The notes beneath the pieces are model-generated. The model had not been told where the DNA came from, did not search any database, and worked only from the letters and a program-made list of their open reading frames with translations. From an uncultured Acidobacteriota bacterium (lineage in GTDB: Bacteria > Acidobacteriota > Polarisedimenticolia > J045): 64,000 bases of DNA. Shown piece after piece: positions 30,883-41,250 of this stretch. How positions within the stretch are numbered: the stretch's first letter is position 1; every line of letters begins with the position of its first letter. The position numbers and the translations under genes were made by a program. The stretch covers positions 84,338 to 148,337 of the forward strand of contig CAVPCQ010000039.1 in NCBI GenBank assembly GCA_963702425.1, read 5' to 3'.

Positions 30883-32945
30883 AGCAGGGCCGGGCCCGGC
30901 GCATCCTCATCATCGCGGTGCTCGCGCTGGTGCTCGCCGCCCTCGCGCCGGCGGATGCGGCAAAGAAGAAGAGCCGTAGCACCTCGAAGAAGAAGAGCGT
31001 CGCCGCCGCGCCGCTGCCGAAGCTTCCCGACGTACCACCCCTGGTGCTCGAGTCGGCCGGGCCGGGGGAGTTCGTCCGCGGCGTCGTCGTGCCGGGCTCT
31101 CGCCTTGCGGGAGTCGTCGTCTGGCCGCGGCGTGACGTGCTCGAGCGGCCGGGACTCCCGGCCGGTTCGGCGCTCGTCTCGGCCCAGCTCGCAGCGCTCG
31201 TCGCGGCCGCCGCGGAGCCGGGCGCGATGCCTCTCGTGGCACTGCTGCCGGACGGGATCGCGGTCGGTGCGCGATTCGACGCCGGCGACGAGGCCCGCCT
31301 CGCGCGCCTGCTGACGGCGCTGGCCACGCCGCGCCCGGCAGCCGACGCGCCGCGCCAGCAGGCGCTCGAGCGGCTGCAGAAGATGGCCGGCGAGCACTGG
31401 TCGAACCCGGAGACGGTCGCACGCCGCGCCGCGCTCGGGCTGCTCTATCCAGGGAGCGGGTTCCCGTGGGATCCGGTCCCGGGCCCGCAGGCGGTCAGCG
31501 ACGCCGACGCCGGCGCACGGGCCGTCGTGTTCGCCGCGGTGCGCGAGGCGCCGGTGCGGTTTCTCGTCGCCGGCCCCGCGGGCCTGGCGGGCCGACTGTC
31601 CGGCCAGCTTCCCCGCCGCAGCGGTGCGACCCCCGCGGCGGAGGCCCCGCTCCCGGCGGGGCGCGCGCCGCTGAGCGCGATCGTCGACGAGGAAGACGGC
31701 AGCGGGTCGCCGGGGAAGGTCGGGCTGGCGCTCGCGTTCTCGCTGGCAGGCTCCACCGCGGCCCCGACCCAGCGGGCGACGCTCGCCGTCCTGGCGGAAG
31801 GGCTGACCGAGGGCGAGGGCTCGCTGGCGCAACGCCTGAAGGTCGTGCTGGGCGAGCCCGCCCCGGCGCGGGTGGAGATCGTGCGCGGCAGCGGGAGTGA
31901 CGAGGCCCTTGTGATGAGCGCGCTCGTCCCCGCCCCGTCGGCCGGCCTCGCGTGGCGCGTCCTGAGCGGCGCCGTCGTTTCGGTCCGGACGATCGCGCTG
32001 CGCGACGACGCGATCTACCGCGCACGCCGCCGTCTGGTCGAGGAAGCACTGGCGCGGCGGGCTGACCCGGCCGCGGCGCTGCTCGACGCCTTCGCGGGCG
32101 GGACGGCCGCCGCCCCGTCGCCGCCAACGACGCGCGCCGGCGACGTGCAGCTCGCTGCGCAACAGGCCTTCGTTCCGGAGCGGCAGGCCTCGGTCGCAGC
32201 CGGACCGCTGGCCGACGAGATCGCGGAGATCCCGGAGTTCCAGCAGGCGCTGCGCCTGGCGTGGGAGCGCTTCGACCCGCTGTCGGAGACGATGATGCAG
32301 TCCGGCGACGCGGCCGAGCGCGACACCGCCGCGGCCCAGGAGCTGGCGCGGGCGGCGCTGGCTGCGCTCGCGGACGGGAAGCCCCCCGCCTTCGACCCGC
32401 GCTACCACGCGACCTACCGCGTGCGCGAGGAGACGCCGGCCGGCCCGATCGAGTCGACGCTCCGCGTGGTCGCCTCCGCCGAGGGGATCTCGTGGTCGAT
32501 CGACGCCGCGGACTGGACGATCGAGGCCGAGGAACGGCCGGGGAAGGGAAGCCCTTCGCCGGACGGCGTGATCCACCTGCCGCAGCCGAACCGTCTGCTC
32601 GGGATGGCGCTGCGCGAGCCGGCGATCCTGCTCGCGAGCGTGGTCGACGGTGCGGTGGCAGCGGAGGTGGTGCGCGCGGCTTGCGACGGTGCGCTGTGCC
32701 CGGCGCTGCGGGCGGAACTGGAGGACGGCTCGATCCTGACGCTCGTCCTCGACGAGACGACGAAGATGCCGCGCGCGCTGCGCACCTGGTGGCCCGGCAA
32801 GGACGAAAGCCGCGTGCCCGACGAGCAGGTCCGCTACATCGGCTGGCGCAAGGCCGGCCCGGTGCGCGTCGCGGAGCTGGTCTCGGTCGAGGACGCGCTC
32901 GGCACCACGCGCCGCATCTCGCTCGACGAGTGGAGCTGGCCGTGA
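30879..32945 (+). CDS. Secreted protein with degenerate M16 peptidase-like region and beta-rich C-terminal domain
   Basis: Signal peptide; LAVLAEGLTEGEGSLAQRL and DVQLAAQQAF resemble M16 C-domain motifs; no HxxEH. Confidence 0.5.
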   Translation: MKQGRARRILIIAVLALVLAALAPADAAKKKSRSTSKKKSVAAAPLPKLPDVPPLVLESAGPGEFVRGVVVPGSRLAGVVVWPRRDVLERPGLPAGSALVSAQLAALVAAAAEPGAMPLVALLPDGIAVGARFDAGDEARLARLLTALATPRPAADAPRQQALERLQKMAGEHWSNPETVARRAALGLLYPGSGFPWDPVPGPQAVSDADAGARAVVFAAVREAPVRFLVAGPAGLAGRLSGQLPRRSGATPAAEAPLPAGRAPLSAIVDEEDGSGSPGKVGLALAFSLAGSTAAPTQRATLAVLAEGLTEGEGSLAQRLKVVLGEPAPARVEIVRGSGSDEALVMSALVPAPSAGLAWRVLSGAVVSVRTIALRDDAIYRARRRLVEEALARRADPAAALLDAFAGGTAAAPSPPTTRAGDVQLAAQQAFVPERQASVAAGPLADEIAEIPEFQQALRLAWERFDPLSETMMQSGDAAERDTAAAQELARAALAALADGKPPAFDPRYHATYRVREETPAGPIESTLRVVASAEGISWSIDAADWTIEAEERPGKGSPSPDGVIHLPQPNRLLGMALREPAILLASVVDGAVAAEVVRAACDGALCPALRAELEDGSILTLVLDETTKMPRALRTWWPGKDESRVPDEQVRYIGWRKAGPVRVAELVSVEDALGTTRRISLDEWSWP

Positions 32946-34804
32946 GCGCACCGGCCGGCGATGCGCGTCCCGCGGAGGGAAGGCTGCCGCTCGACCGCGT
33001 CGTGGTCCGGATCGCGGGCGATTCGGGCGACGGGATCCAGGTCACCGGCGGTCAGCTGACGTCGACCTCCGCCCTCGCCGGCAACGACGTCGCGACGCTC
33101 CCGGATTTTCCCGCCGAGATCCGCGCACCGGCCGGGACGCTTCCCGGCGTCTCCGGGTTCCAGCTGCAGTTCTCCGCGTCGGAGATCATGACCCCCGGCG
33201 ACCAGGCCGACGTGCTGGTGGCGTTCAACCCGGCCGCGCTGAAGGTCCACCTCAAGGACCTCAAGCGTGGCGGGATCCTGATCGTCAACGAGGACGCCTT
33301 CGACGAGAACGGCCTGCGGAAGGCGGGCCTCGCCGCGAACCCGCTCGACGACGGCACGCTCGCCAACACCACGCTGCACCGCGTGGCGATCTCGCGCCTC
33401 ACGCGCGAGGCGCTCGCCGAGACCGGGCTCGGCGCCAAGGACGCCGAGCGCTGCAAGAACTTCTTCGTGCTCGGCATCCTCTACTGGCTCTACGGCCGGC
33501 CGGTCGAGCCGACCGCACGCTGGATCCGGGACAAGTACGCGAAGCGCCCCGAGCTGGCCGCTGCCAACGAGAAGGTGCTGCGCGCCGGCTTCAACTACGG
33601 CAACACGGCGCGCATCTTCCAGAGCGTCTACGAGGTCCCCCCGGCGCGGCTCGAGCCGGGGCTCTACCGCAACCTCGACGGCAACGAGGCGATCGCGCTG
33701 GCTCTGGCGAGCATCGCCCAGCGCTCGGGGCTGCGCGTCGTCCTCGGCAGCTACCCGATCACCCCCGCTTCGACCGTGCTGCACGCCTGCAGCCGGCTGA
33801 AGTCTTACGGTGTCGTCGCCTACCAGGCCGAAGACGAGATCGCGAGCATCGGGGCCGCGCTCGGGGCAGCGTTCGGGGGCGCACTCGGCGTGACCGCGAC
33901 GAGCGGGCCCGGGATGGCGCTCAAGGGCGAGATGCTCGGCTTGGCGACGATGGTCGAGCTGCCGCTCCTCGTTTTCGACATCCAGCGGGCCGGCCCCTCG
34001 ACCGGCATGCCGACCAGGACCGAACAGTCGGACCTGCTGATGGCGATGTTCGGCCGCCACGGCGAATCGCCGCTGCCGATCCTGGCGCCGGCGACCCCGT
34101 CGGACTGCTTCTGGATCACGCTCGAGGCGGCGCGGATCGCGGTCCGGTACCGCACCCCGGTGATCGTGCTCTCGGAGGGTTACCTCGCGAGCGGTTCCGA
34201 GCCGTTCCGGGTTCCGAGCCCGGAGCAGATCCCGGCGCTCGACCCGGCCTACCTGACCGACCCGGAGCGCTTCTCCGGGACCTACGCGCGCGACCCTCTG
34301 ACCCTGGCCCGCCCCTGGATCCCGGCCGGCACGCCCGGGCTCCAGCACCGGATCGGGGGGCTCGAGAAGGACGACCTCGGGCAGGTCTCCTATGACGCCC
34401 AGAACCACCAGCGGATGGTCGCGCTGCGGGCCGGCAAGATCGCGGGGATCGCGGCCGACATCCCGCCGGCGCATCTCGAGGAAGGGGCGATCGGCGACGA
34501 ACTCCTGGTCGTCGGCTGGGGCTCGACTTACGGCGCGATCACTCAGGCGGTGCGGGAGGAGCGCGCCGCGGGCCGGCGGGTGGCGAGCCTGCACCTGCGT
34601 CACCTGAACCCGCTGCCCGGCGGGCTCGAGCGGCTCCTGGGCGCATTCCCGCGGGTGCTCGTGCCCGAGCTGAACATGGGCCAGCTGCTCTGGCTCCTTT
34701 CCGCGCGCTTCCACCTCGACGCCGTCGGCTTCCACAAGGTGCAGGGCGTCCCGTTCCGCGTGGGGGAGATCCGCGCGCGCATCGCCGAACTGCTGGGAGC
34801 CTGA
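32942..34804 (+). CDS. korA: 2-oxoacid:acceptor oxidoreductase alpha subunit
   Basis: RIAGDSGDGIQ, PAEIRAPAGT, YPITPAS, QAEDEIA, ATSGPG, QRAGPSTG. Confidence 0.93.
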   Translation: MSAPAGDARPAEGRLPLDRVVVRIAGDSGDGIQVTGGQLTSTSALAGNDVATLPDFPAEIRAPAGTLPGVSGFQLQFSASEIMTPGDQADVLVAFNPAALKVHLKDLKRGGILIVNEDAFDENGLRKAGLAANPLDDGTLANTTLHRVAISRLTREALAETGLGAKDAERCKNFFVLGILYWLYGRPVEPTARWIRDKYAKRPELAAANEKVLRAGFNYGNTARIFQSVYEVPPARLEPGLYRNLDGNEAIALALASIAQRSGLRVVLGSYPITPASTVLHACSRLKSYGVVAYQAEDEIASIGAALGAAFGGALGVTATSGPGMALKGEMLGLATMVELPLLVFDIQRAGPSTGMPTRTEQSDLLMAMFGRHGESPLPILAPATPSDCFWITLEAARIAVRYRTPVIVLSEGYLASGSEPFRVPSPEQIPALDPAYLTDPERFSGTYARDPLTLARPWIPAGTPGLQHRIGGLEKDDLGQVSYDAQNHQRMVALRAGKIAGIAADIPPAHLEEGAIGDELLVVGWGSTYGAITQAVREERAAGRRVASLHLRHLNPLPGGLERLLGAFPRVLVPELNMGQLLWLLSARFHLDAVGFHKVQGVPFRVGEIRARIAELLGA

Positions 34805-34805
34805 G

Positions 34806-35819
34806 ATGGCCGCCCCCGAGACGCCGCCGCTGACCCGGAAGGACTTCGCCTCGGACCAGGAGGTGCGCTGGTGCCCCGGCTGCGGCGACTACGCGATCCT
34901 GAGCACGGTCCAGGCTGTCTTCGCGAAACTCGGCCTGGCGCGGGAGCGCACGGTCGTCGTGTCGGGGATCGGCTGTTCCTCGCGCTTCCCGTACTACATG
35001 AACACTTACGGCTTCCACACCCTGCACGGTCGTGCGCCGGGGATCGCGACCGGGCTCAAGTTGGCCAACCCGGGGCTCTCGGTGTGGGTCGTCACCGGCG
35101 ACGGGGATGCGCTGGCGATCGGCGCCAACCATTTCCTTCACGCGATGCGGCGCAACGTGGACCTGAAGATCCTCCTCTTCAACAACCGAATCTACGGGTT
35201 GACCAAAGGTCAGTTCTCGCCGACCTCGGCGCGCGGCCAGCGGACCCCCTCGACGCCGCTGGGGTCGCTCGACGCGCCGTTCAACCCGCTGGCCCTCGCG
35301 CTCGGGGCCGGAGCGAGCTTCGTCGCGCGCAGCGTGGACCGTTTCGGGCCCCACCTGGCGGAGGTTCTCGAGCGCGCGGCCGCGCACCGCGGGACGGCCT
35401 TCGTCGAGATCTTCCAGAACTGCAACATCTTCAACGACGGCACTTTCGGCTACCTGACGGACAAGGACGGCCGGGTCGATCACGCGCTCTACCTGAAGCC
35501 GGGCGAGCCGCTCCTCTTCGGCCGTGCAGGGGGAATCGGGCTCGGGCCGGCAGGGGAGTTGGTGCGGATCGACGCCGCCGCGGCCCCAGGGCAGGTGTTG
35601 CGGCATGACCCGGCGGCAGCGAGCCCGGCCCGCGCCTTCGCCCTGGCGCAGCTCGATCACCCGGCGTTTCCGGTCCCGCTCGGGGTCTTTCGCGCGGTCG
35701 AACGGCCGACGCTCGAGGGGGAGCACGAGCGGCAGGCGGAGGAGGCTCGGCGCAGTGCGCCGGCCGACCTCGCCCGGCTGCTGGCGGGCCCCGAGACCTG
35801 GGAGGTCGAGGGCGGCTGA
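34806..35819 (+). CDS. korB: 2-oxoacid:ferredoxin oxidoreductase beta subunit
   Basis: WCPGCGD, SGIGCS, GDGD, NNRIYGLTKGQFSPT. Confidence 0.93.
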   Translation: MAAPETPPLTRKDFASDQEVRWCPGCGDYAILSTVQAVFAKLGLARERTVVVSGIGCSSRFPYYMNTYGFHTLHGRAPGIATGLKLANPGLSVWVVTGDGDALAIGANHFLHAMRRNVDLKILLFNNRIYGLTKGQFSPTSARGQRTPSTPLGSLDAPFNPLALALGAGASFVARSVDRFGPHLAEVLERAAAHRGTAFVEIFQNCNIFNDGTFGYLTDKDGRVDHALYLKPGEPLLFGRAGGIGLGPAGELVRIDAAAAPGQVLRHDPAAASPARAFALAQLDHPAFPVPLGVFRAVERPTLEGEHERQAEEARRSAPADLARLLAGPETWEVEGG

Positions 35820-35855
35820 AGGCCCCGCCCGGGCGCCCCGCGCGGCAGCTCCGGG

Positions 35856-35884
35856 TTGACACGGGCCAGGGGGGCGGGTAGCCT
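35856..35884 (+). promoter_or_regulatory. Sigma70-type promoter for rplM operon
   Basis: TTGACA-N17-TAGCCT about 100 nt upstream of rplM. Confidence 0.75.
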
Positions 35885-35980
35885 TCCGCGGTTTTGTTTT
35901 TCGCGACCCCGCGCGGCGGGGCGAGGTGCCTTCCTGCGCCGCGCGGCGCTCTTCAGCCCGGATCGAAAGAGGAATGCAGC

Positions 35981-36433
35981 ATGCGCACGTACTTCCCGTC
36001 CAAGGGTGAGATCCCGCGCGAATGGTGGGTCGTGGACGCGACCGGGATTCCTCTCGGCCGCCTGGCCACCGTGGTGGCCCACCACCTCCGCGGCAAGAAC
36101 AAGACCGGCTTCGTGCCGTTTCTCGACACCGGCGACTTCGTCATCGTCGTGAACGCCGACAAGGCCGTCCTCACCGGGCGGAAGCTGGACCAGAAGATCT
36201 ACCACCATCACAGCGGCCACCCCGGCGGGATCTACCATGCCACCGCGCGCGTGATGCTGAGCCAGCGTCCCGAAAAGGCGGTCGAACTGGCGGTGTGGGG
36301 GATGCTCCCCAAGAACAAGCTCGGCCGACGGCTGTATACCAAGCTCAAGGTGTACCGCGGAGGGGACCACCCTCACCGGGCACAGAAGCCGAAGGTGCTC
36401 AAAGTCGTGGCCCCCGCCAGGAGTGAGTCATGA
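35981..36433 (+). CDS. rplM: 50S ribosomal protein L13
   Basis: [32 protein letters not shown]. Confidence 0.97.
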   Translation: MRTYFPSKGEIPREWWVVDATGIPLGRLATVVAHHLRGKNKTGFVPFLDTGDFVIVVNADKAVLTGRKLDQKIYHHHSGHPGGIYHATARVMLSQRPEKAVELAVWGMLPKNKLGRRLYTKLKVYRGGDHPHRAQKPKVLKVVAPARSES

Positions 36434-36825
36434 GCGCGATGATCCAGTACAACGGCACCGGCCGGCGCAAGGAAGCCGTGGCCCGCGTCTACGTCCGCCC
36501 CGGGACGGGCGTGGTGCGCGTCAACAACCGCCCCTTTGACGACTACTTCCCGCAGGCGACCCTGCGGATGATGATCGAAAAGCCGCTGGCTCTGACCGAG
36601 ACCCGCGACAAGCTCGATGTGATCGCGACCATCGCGGGCGGCGGCCCCACGGGCCAGGCCGGAGCCATGCGGCTCGGCATCGCCCGCGCACTGCTCGAGT
36701 TCGATGCCTCGCTCCGCCCGAAGCTCAAGGTGGAGGGGCTGTTGACGCGCGACGCGCGCGAAGTGGAACGCAAGAAATACGGCCAGCCGGGGGCGAGGAA
36801 GCGCTTCCAGTTCAGCAAGCGCTGA
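36430..36825 (+). CDS. rpsI: 30S ribosomal protein S9
   Basis: [12 protein letters not shown] ... [19 protein letters not shown]. Confidence 0.97.
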   Translation: MSAMIQYNGTGRRKEAVARVYVRPGTGVVRVNNRPFDDYFPQATLRMMIEKPLALTETRDKLDVIATIAGGGPTGQAGAMRLGIARALLEFDASLRPKLKVEGLLTRDAREVERKKYGQPGARKRFQFSKR

Positions 36826-36931
36826 CGGTGCGCCCCCTCGGGCGTCGGGCCCGGGGGGTGCGGACCAGCCGACTGGCGACAACCCAAGGCGTCCGCCTTC
36901 CTCGAGGCGGAGCCTGCCATCGGAGGTATTC

Positions 36932-37819
36932 GTGGATCAGACCGTCGCAGTCAGCCTGCGCGAGCTGCTCGAGGTCGGCGCGCACTTCGGCCACCAGCGC
37001 AGCCGCTGGAACCCCGCCATGCGCCCGTACATCTTCGGGCTGCGCGGGGGCGTCTACGTCATCGACCTCCAGAAGACGGTGGTCCTGCTGCAGGACGCGA
37101 TCAACTTCACCCGCGACCTCGCGGCACAGGGGAAGATCGTGCTGTTCGTCGGCACCAAGAAGCAGGCCCAGGAGATCGTCATTCGCGAGGCCCGGCGCTG
37201 CGAGATGTTCTACGTCGACGAGCGCTGGCTGGGCGGCCTGCTCACCAACTGGGCCACCGTGAAGCGCTCGATCGACAAGCTCAAGGAGCTCGAGACTCTC
37301 GAGACCGACGCCAAGTTCGCGCACCTGACCAAGAAGGAGCGGCTCTCGCTGGCCAAGACCCGCGCGCGGCTCGACAAGACCCTGTCCGGCATCAAGGACA
37401 TGGGACGCCGCCCGGACGCGATCTTCATCGTCGACGTCGGCCGCGAGGCGATCGCCGTCGACGAGGCGAACAAGCTCGGCATCCCGGTGATCGGGATCGT
37501 CGACACCAACTCGGACCCGAGCCGGATCGACTTTCCGGTGCCGGCCAACGACGACGCGATCCGCTCGATCGAACTGATCACGAGCCGGCTCGCCGACGCG
37601 GTCAACGAGGGCCGGAACATCTGGCGCTCGCAGCGGCCCGAGCGCACCCAGCGCCCGGCGCGCCGGCGCACCGGACGCGACGACGCGGCGGTCGACACGG
37701 CCCCGGTCGCGGCGCTGGAGGAGACCGAGCTGACGGCCCCCGTGGCGCTGGACGCCCCCGAGCCGCCGGACAGCCCCGTGGCGCCGGACAGCCCCGGTCC
37801 GGTCATCGACCAGGCTTGA
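36932..37819 (+). CDS. rpsB: 30S ribosomal protein S2
   Basis: GAHFGHQ..RWNP, FVGTK, WLGGLLTN, PANDDAIRS. Confidence 0.97.
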   Translation: MDQTVAVSLRELLEVGAHFGHQRSRWNPAMRPYIFGLRGGVYVIDLQKTVVLLQDAINFTRDLAAQGKIVLFVGTKKQAQEIVIREARRCEMFYVDERWLGGLLTNWATVKRSIDKLKELETLETDAKFAHLTKKERLSLAKTRARLDKTLSGIKDMGRRPDAIFIVDVGREAIAVDEANKLGIPVIGIVDTNSDPSRIDFPVPANDDAIRSIELITSRLADAVNEGRNIWRSQRPERTQRPARRRTGRDDAAVDTAPVAALEETELTAPVALDAPEPPDSPVAPDSPGPVIDQA

Positions 37820-37867
37820 CCGGCCGCCCTGCGGCAAGCCCCGCGGGCCCGGCCTGAGAGGAATCCG

Positions 37868-38722
37868 ATGAACATTGCGGCGAGCGACGTGAAGAAACTC
37901 CGCGACATGACCGGCGCGGGCATGATGGATTGCAAGGAAGCCCTCGCGGCGAGTCACGGCGATTTCGACGAGGCGATCGACTTCCTGCGCAAGAAGGGAC
38001 TCTCCAAGGCCGCGAAGAAGACCGATCGCGAGACCAAGGAAGGCCTGGTCGATGCGAAGGTCGAGGGACGGCGCGGAGCGCTGATCCAGGTCGGCTGCGA
38101 GACCGACTTCGTCGCCCGGACCGACGACTTCACCGGCTTCGTCGCGGCGCTGCTGCAGAAGGCATTCCACGAGAAGGTCGGCTCCGCGGAGCAGCTGCTC
38201 GCCCGGCCGTTCAGCGGCGACGGTGGCGTCAGCGTCCACGACGTCGTCACGGAGAAGATCGCCAAGCTGGGCGAGAACATGCAGGTCGCGCGGGTCGCCT
38301 TCTTCGAGGCCCCGAAGGGCGCGGTCCATGCCTACATCCACCCCGGCAACCGGGTGGGCGTGCTGCTCGAGGTCCAGGCGGACGACGCCACGCTGTCCGC
38401 GCTCGCGCCGACGGTCCACGACATCGCGATGCAGGTCGCCGCCTTCGCGCCGTCCTTCGTACGCCGCGAGGAGGTCGACGCGGCGACGCTCGACAAGGAG
38501 CGCGAGATCGCGCGCGAGCAGCTCAAGGAGTCCGGCAAGCCGGCGGCGGTGATCGAGAAGATCGTCGACGGGAAGCTCGGCAAGTACTACGAGGAGGCCT
38601 GCCTGCTCGAGCAGCCCTTCATCCGGGACGACTCGAAGAAGCTCGCCGACGTGGTGCGGGAAGCGGCCGGTGGCAGGCCGTTCGAGGTCGTCCGCTTCGC
38701 ACGCTTCGCCCTCGGCGCCTGA
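37868..38722 (+). CDS. tsf: Elongation factor Ts
   Basis: LRDMTGAGMMDCK, CETDFVA, KLGENM. Confidence 0.97.
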   Translation: MNIAASDVKKLRDMTGAGMMDCKEALAASHGDFDEAIDFLRKKGLSKAAKKTDRETKEGLVDAKVEGRRGALIQVGCETDFVARTDDFTGFVAALLQKAFHEKVGSAEQLLARPFSGDGGVSVHDVVTEKIAKLGENMQVARVAFFEAPKGAVHAYIHPGNRVGVLLEVQADDATLSALAPTVHDIAMQVAAFAPSFVRREEVDAATLDKEREIAREQLKESGKPAAVIEKIVDGKLGKYYEEACLLEQPFIRDDSKKLADVVREAAGGRPFEVVRFARFALGA

Positions 38723-38731
38723 GGCGCGGCG

Positions 38732-39487
38732 GTGGACGCCGGCGATTCCGGGCGCGCTTCCCCGGCCAGCGGTGAGCCGCGCTATCGCCGCATCCTGCTC
38801 AAGCTCTCCGGCGAAGCGCTGCTCGGGTCCCGCGAATTCGGGATCGATCCGGCCGTCGTCCAGGAGATCGCCCGCGAGGTCGCAGCCGTCCACGCCCTCG
38901 GCGTGCAGATCGGGATGGTGCTCGGCGGCGGGAACATCTTCCGCGGCGTCGCCACGGCGGCGCGCGGCGGTGTCGACCGAGTCACCGGCGATCAGATGGG
39001 GATGCTGGCGACCGTCATGAACTCGCTGGCTTTCCAGGATGGGCTCGAGGCGGTGGGGATCGAGACGCGGGTCCTCTCCGCGGTTGCGATGCCCCAGCTG
39101 GCCGAGCCGTTCATCCGCCGGCGCGCGCTCCGCCACCTCGAAAAAGGCCGGATCGTGATCCTCGCGGCCGGCACCGGAAACCCCTACTTCACGACCGACA
39201 CCGCGGCGGCGCTGCGAGCCATGGAGCTGCGCGCCGAAGTGCTGATGAAGGCGACCCGGGTCGACGGAATCTACGACAAGGACCCCAGGCAGCACCCCGA
39301 CGCCGTGCTGTTCGCGGAGATCAGCTACCGCGAGGTGATGGCCCGGCAGCTGGCGGTGATGGATGCGACGGCGATCACGCTCTGCATGGACAACCGGATG
39401 CCGATCCTCGTCTTCAACCTGATGCGACCGGGCAGCATCGTCGCGGCGGTGAAGGGCGAGACGATCGGGTCGATCGTGAAGGAGTAG
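38732..39487 (+). CDS. pyrH: UMP kinase
   Basis: [29 protein letters not shown]. Confidence 0.97.
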   Translation: MDAGDSGRASPASGEPRYRRILLKLSGEALLGSREFGIDPAVVQEIAREVAAVHALGVQIGMVLGGGNIFRGVATAARGGVDRVTGDQMGMLATVMNSLAFQDGLEAVGIETRVLSAVAMPQLAEPFIRRRALRHLEKGRIVILAAGTGNPYFTTDTAAALRAMELRAEVLMKATRVDGIYDKDPRQHPDAVLFAEISYREVMARQLAVMDATAITLCMDNRMPILVFNLMRPGSIVAAVKGETIGSIVKE

Positions 39488-39492
39488 CGACG

Positions 39493-40050
39493 ATGCTCGA
39501 GAAGGTCTTCACCGACGCCGAGAAGGGGATGGACCAGGCGGTCGACGCCGTGAAGCGCGAGCTGACCAGCCTGCGCACGGGACGCGCCTCGGTCTCGATC
39601 CTCGACGGGATCTCGGTCGACTACTACGGCTCGCCGACCCCGCTCGCCCAGATGTGCAAGTTGTCGACGCCGGACGCCGGGACGATCGTCGCCCAGCCGT
39701 TCGATCCGTCGGTGATCAAGGATGTCGAGAAGGCGATCAAGGCCGCCGACCTCGGTCTGAACCCGAGCAACGACGGCAAGGTCGTCCGGATTCCGATCCC
39801 GCCGCTGACCGAAGAACGCCGCAAGCAGCTCGTCAAGAAGGTCGGCCAGATCGTCGAGGACGGGAAGAACGGCGTGCGGCAGGTCCGGCGCGAGGCCAAC
39901 GACGAGGTCAAGCGGCTCGAGAAGGACGGGAAGGTGTCGGAGGACGAAGCACGCCGCAGCCTGGAGCGGGTGCAGAAGCTGACCGACGACCACTCGAAGA
40001 AACTCGACGATCTCGGCAAGGCGAAGGACAAGGAGCTGATGGAGTTCTGA
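39493..40050 (+). CDS. frr: Ribosome recycling factor
   Basis: LRTGRAS, YYGSPTPL, PPLTEERRK. Confidence 0.97.
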   Translation: MLEKVFTDAEKGMDQAVDAVKRELTSLRTGRASVSILDGISVDYYGSPTPLAQMCKLSTPDAGTIVAQPFDPSVIKDVEKAIKAADLGLNPSNDGKVVRIPIPPLTEERRKQLVKKVGQIVEDGKNGVRQVRREANDEVKRLEKDGKVSEDEARRSLERVQKLTDDHSKKLDDLGKAKDKELMEF

Positions 40051-41237
40051 TGCCGGACGCGGCGGCTGTGCTCCTGGCCGCCGGCTCCGGCCGTCGGCTG
40101 TCCGCGGGCCGACCCAAGGCGCTGGTGGCGGTCGGCGGACGACCGCTCGTTCAATGGTCGGCGGCGCTCTTCGCCTCCCTGCCGCAGTTCGAGGAGATCG
40201 TGCTCGTCGTGCCCGACGGTCCGGAGGGGTCCGGCGTCGCGCGCGCAGCCGGTCTCGGTCGCCGCGCCACGGTGGTGCCGGGGGGAGCGCGCCGGCGCGA
40301 CTCGGTGCGCGCCGGTCTTGCCGCGGTGCGGCGCGCCGAGTTCGTGCTGGTGCACGACACCGCACGGCCACTCGCCACGGCCGCACTCGTGGAGCGCGTC
40401 CTCGAGGCGGCCCGCGGTTCCGGCGCCGCCGTTCCAGGGGTCGCCGTCGCCGATGCGCTGGTTCGCTGTGCATCCGGGTCCGTCGCCGACGAGGTCTCGC
40501 GCGAGGCGCTCTTCGGGGTCCAGACCCCGCAGGGGTTTGCGTGCGAACTGCTGCGCGCCGCCCACGACCGGGCGCCGCTGGAATGGGACGCCGCGGATGA
40601 CGGCGCGCTGGTGCGGGCGCTGGGCCGGCCGGTGGTGCTCGTGATGGGCGAGGCGGAGAACATCAAGGTGACCTTTCCGGACGACGTCGCGCGCGCGGAG
40701 GCGATCCTCGCGGCCCGCGCCGCCGGACCGGCCGTGCAGGGAGATCGGGAGGCGATGACGTCGCGCGTGGGAATCGGCTGGGATGTCCACCCGCTCGTCG
40801 CCGGCCGGCCGTTCCGGCTGGCGGGGGTCGAGGTCAGCGCGGAGTTCGGGCCGGAAGGGCACTCCGATGGCGACCCGCTGGCGCACGCGGTGGCCGACGC
40901 GCTGCTCGGCGCCGCCGCGCTCGGAGACATCGGCCAGCTCTTTCCGGACACCGACCCGCGTTGCGCCGGGTTGCCGGGATGCGACCTGCTGCGGCTCACC
41001 GCGCTCCACCTTGCGGCGCACGGCTACCGCCCGGCGCAGGTCGACGCCGTGCTGGTGATCGACGCGCCGAAGATCGCTCCGCACCGTGAGGCGATCCGGC
41101 GGGCGCTGGCCGAAGCGCTCGGTCTCCCGGAGGATGGGGTCTCGGTCAAGGGAAAACGGACCGAGGGGTTGGGCGGCCTGGCCGGCGGCCGGGGCGTCGC
41201 ATGCCATGCCGTCGCGACCGTGACGCGAAGCGCCTGA
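40050..41237 (+). CDS. ispDF: Bifunctional IspD/IspF (MEP cytidylyltransferase / MECDP synthase)
   Basis: LAAGSGRR, VLVHDTARP, QTPQGF, NIKVT then in the same frame GIGWDVH, HSDGD, LGDIG, VSVKGKRTEGLG. Confidence 0.9.
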   Translation: MPDAAAVLLAAGSGRRLSAGRPKALVAVGGRPLVQWSAALFASLPQFEEIVLVVPDGPEGSGVARAAGLGRRATVVPGGARRRDSVRAGLAAVRRAEFVLVHDTARPLATAALVERVLEAARGSGAAVPGVAVADALVRCASGSVADEVSREALFGVQTPQGFACELLRAAHDRAPLEWDAADDGALVRALGRPVVLVMGEAENIKVTFPDDVARAEAILAARAAGPAVQGDREAMTSRVGIGWDVHPLVAGRPFRLAGVEVSAEFGPEGHSDGDPLAHAVADALLGAAALGDIGQLFPDTDPRCAGLPGCDLLRLTALHLAAHGYRPAQVDAVLVIDAPKIAPHREAIRRALAEALGLPEDGVSVKGKRTEGLGGLAGGRGVACHAVATVTRSA

Positions 41238-41250
41238 AGGGGAATCACCG

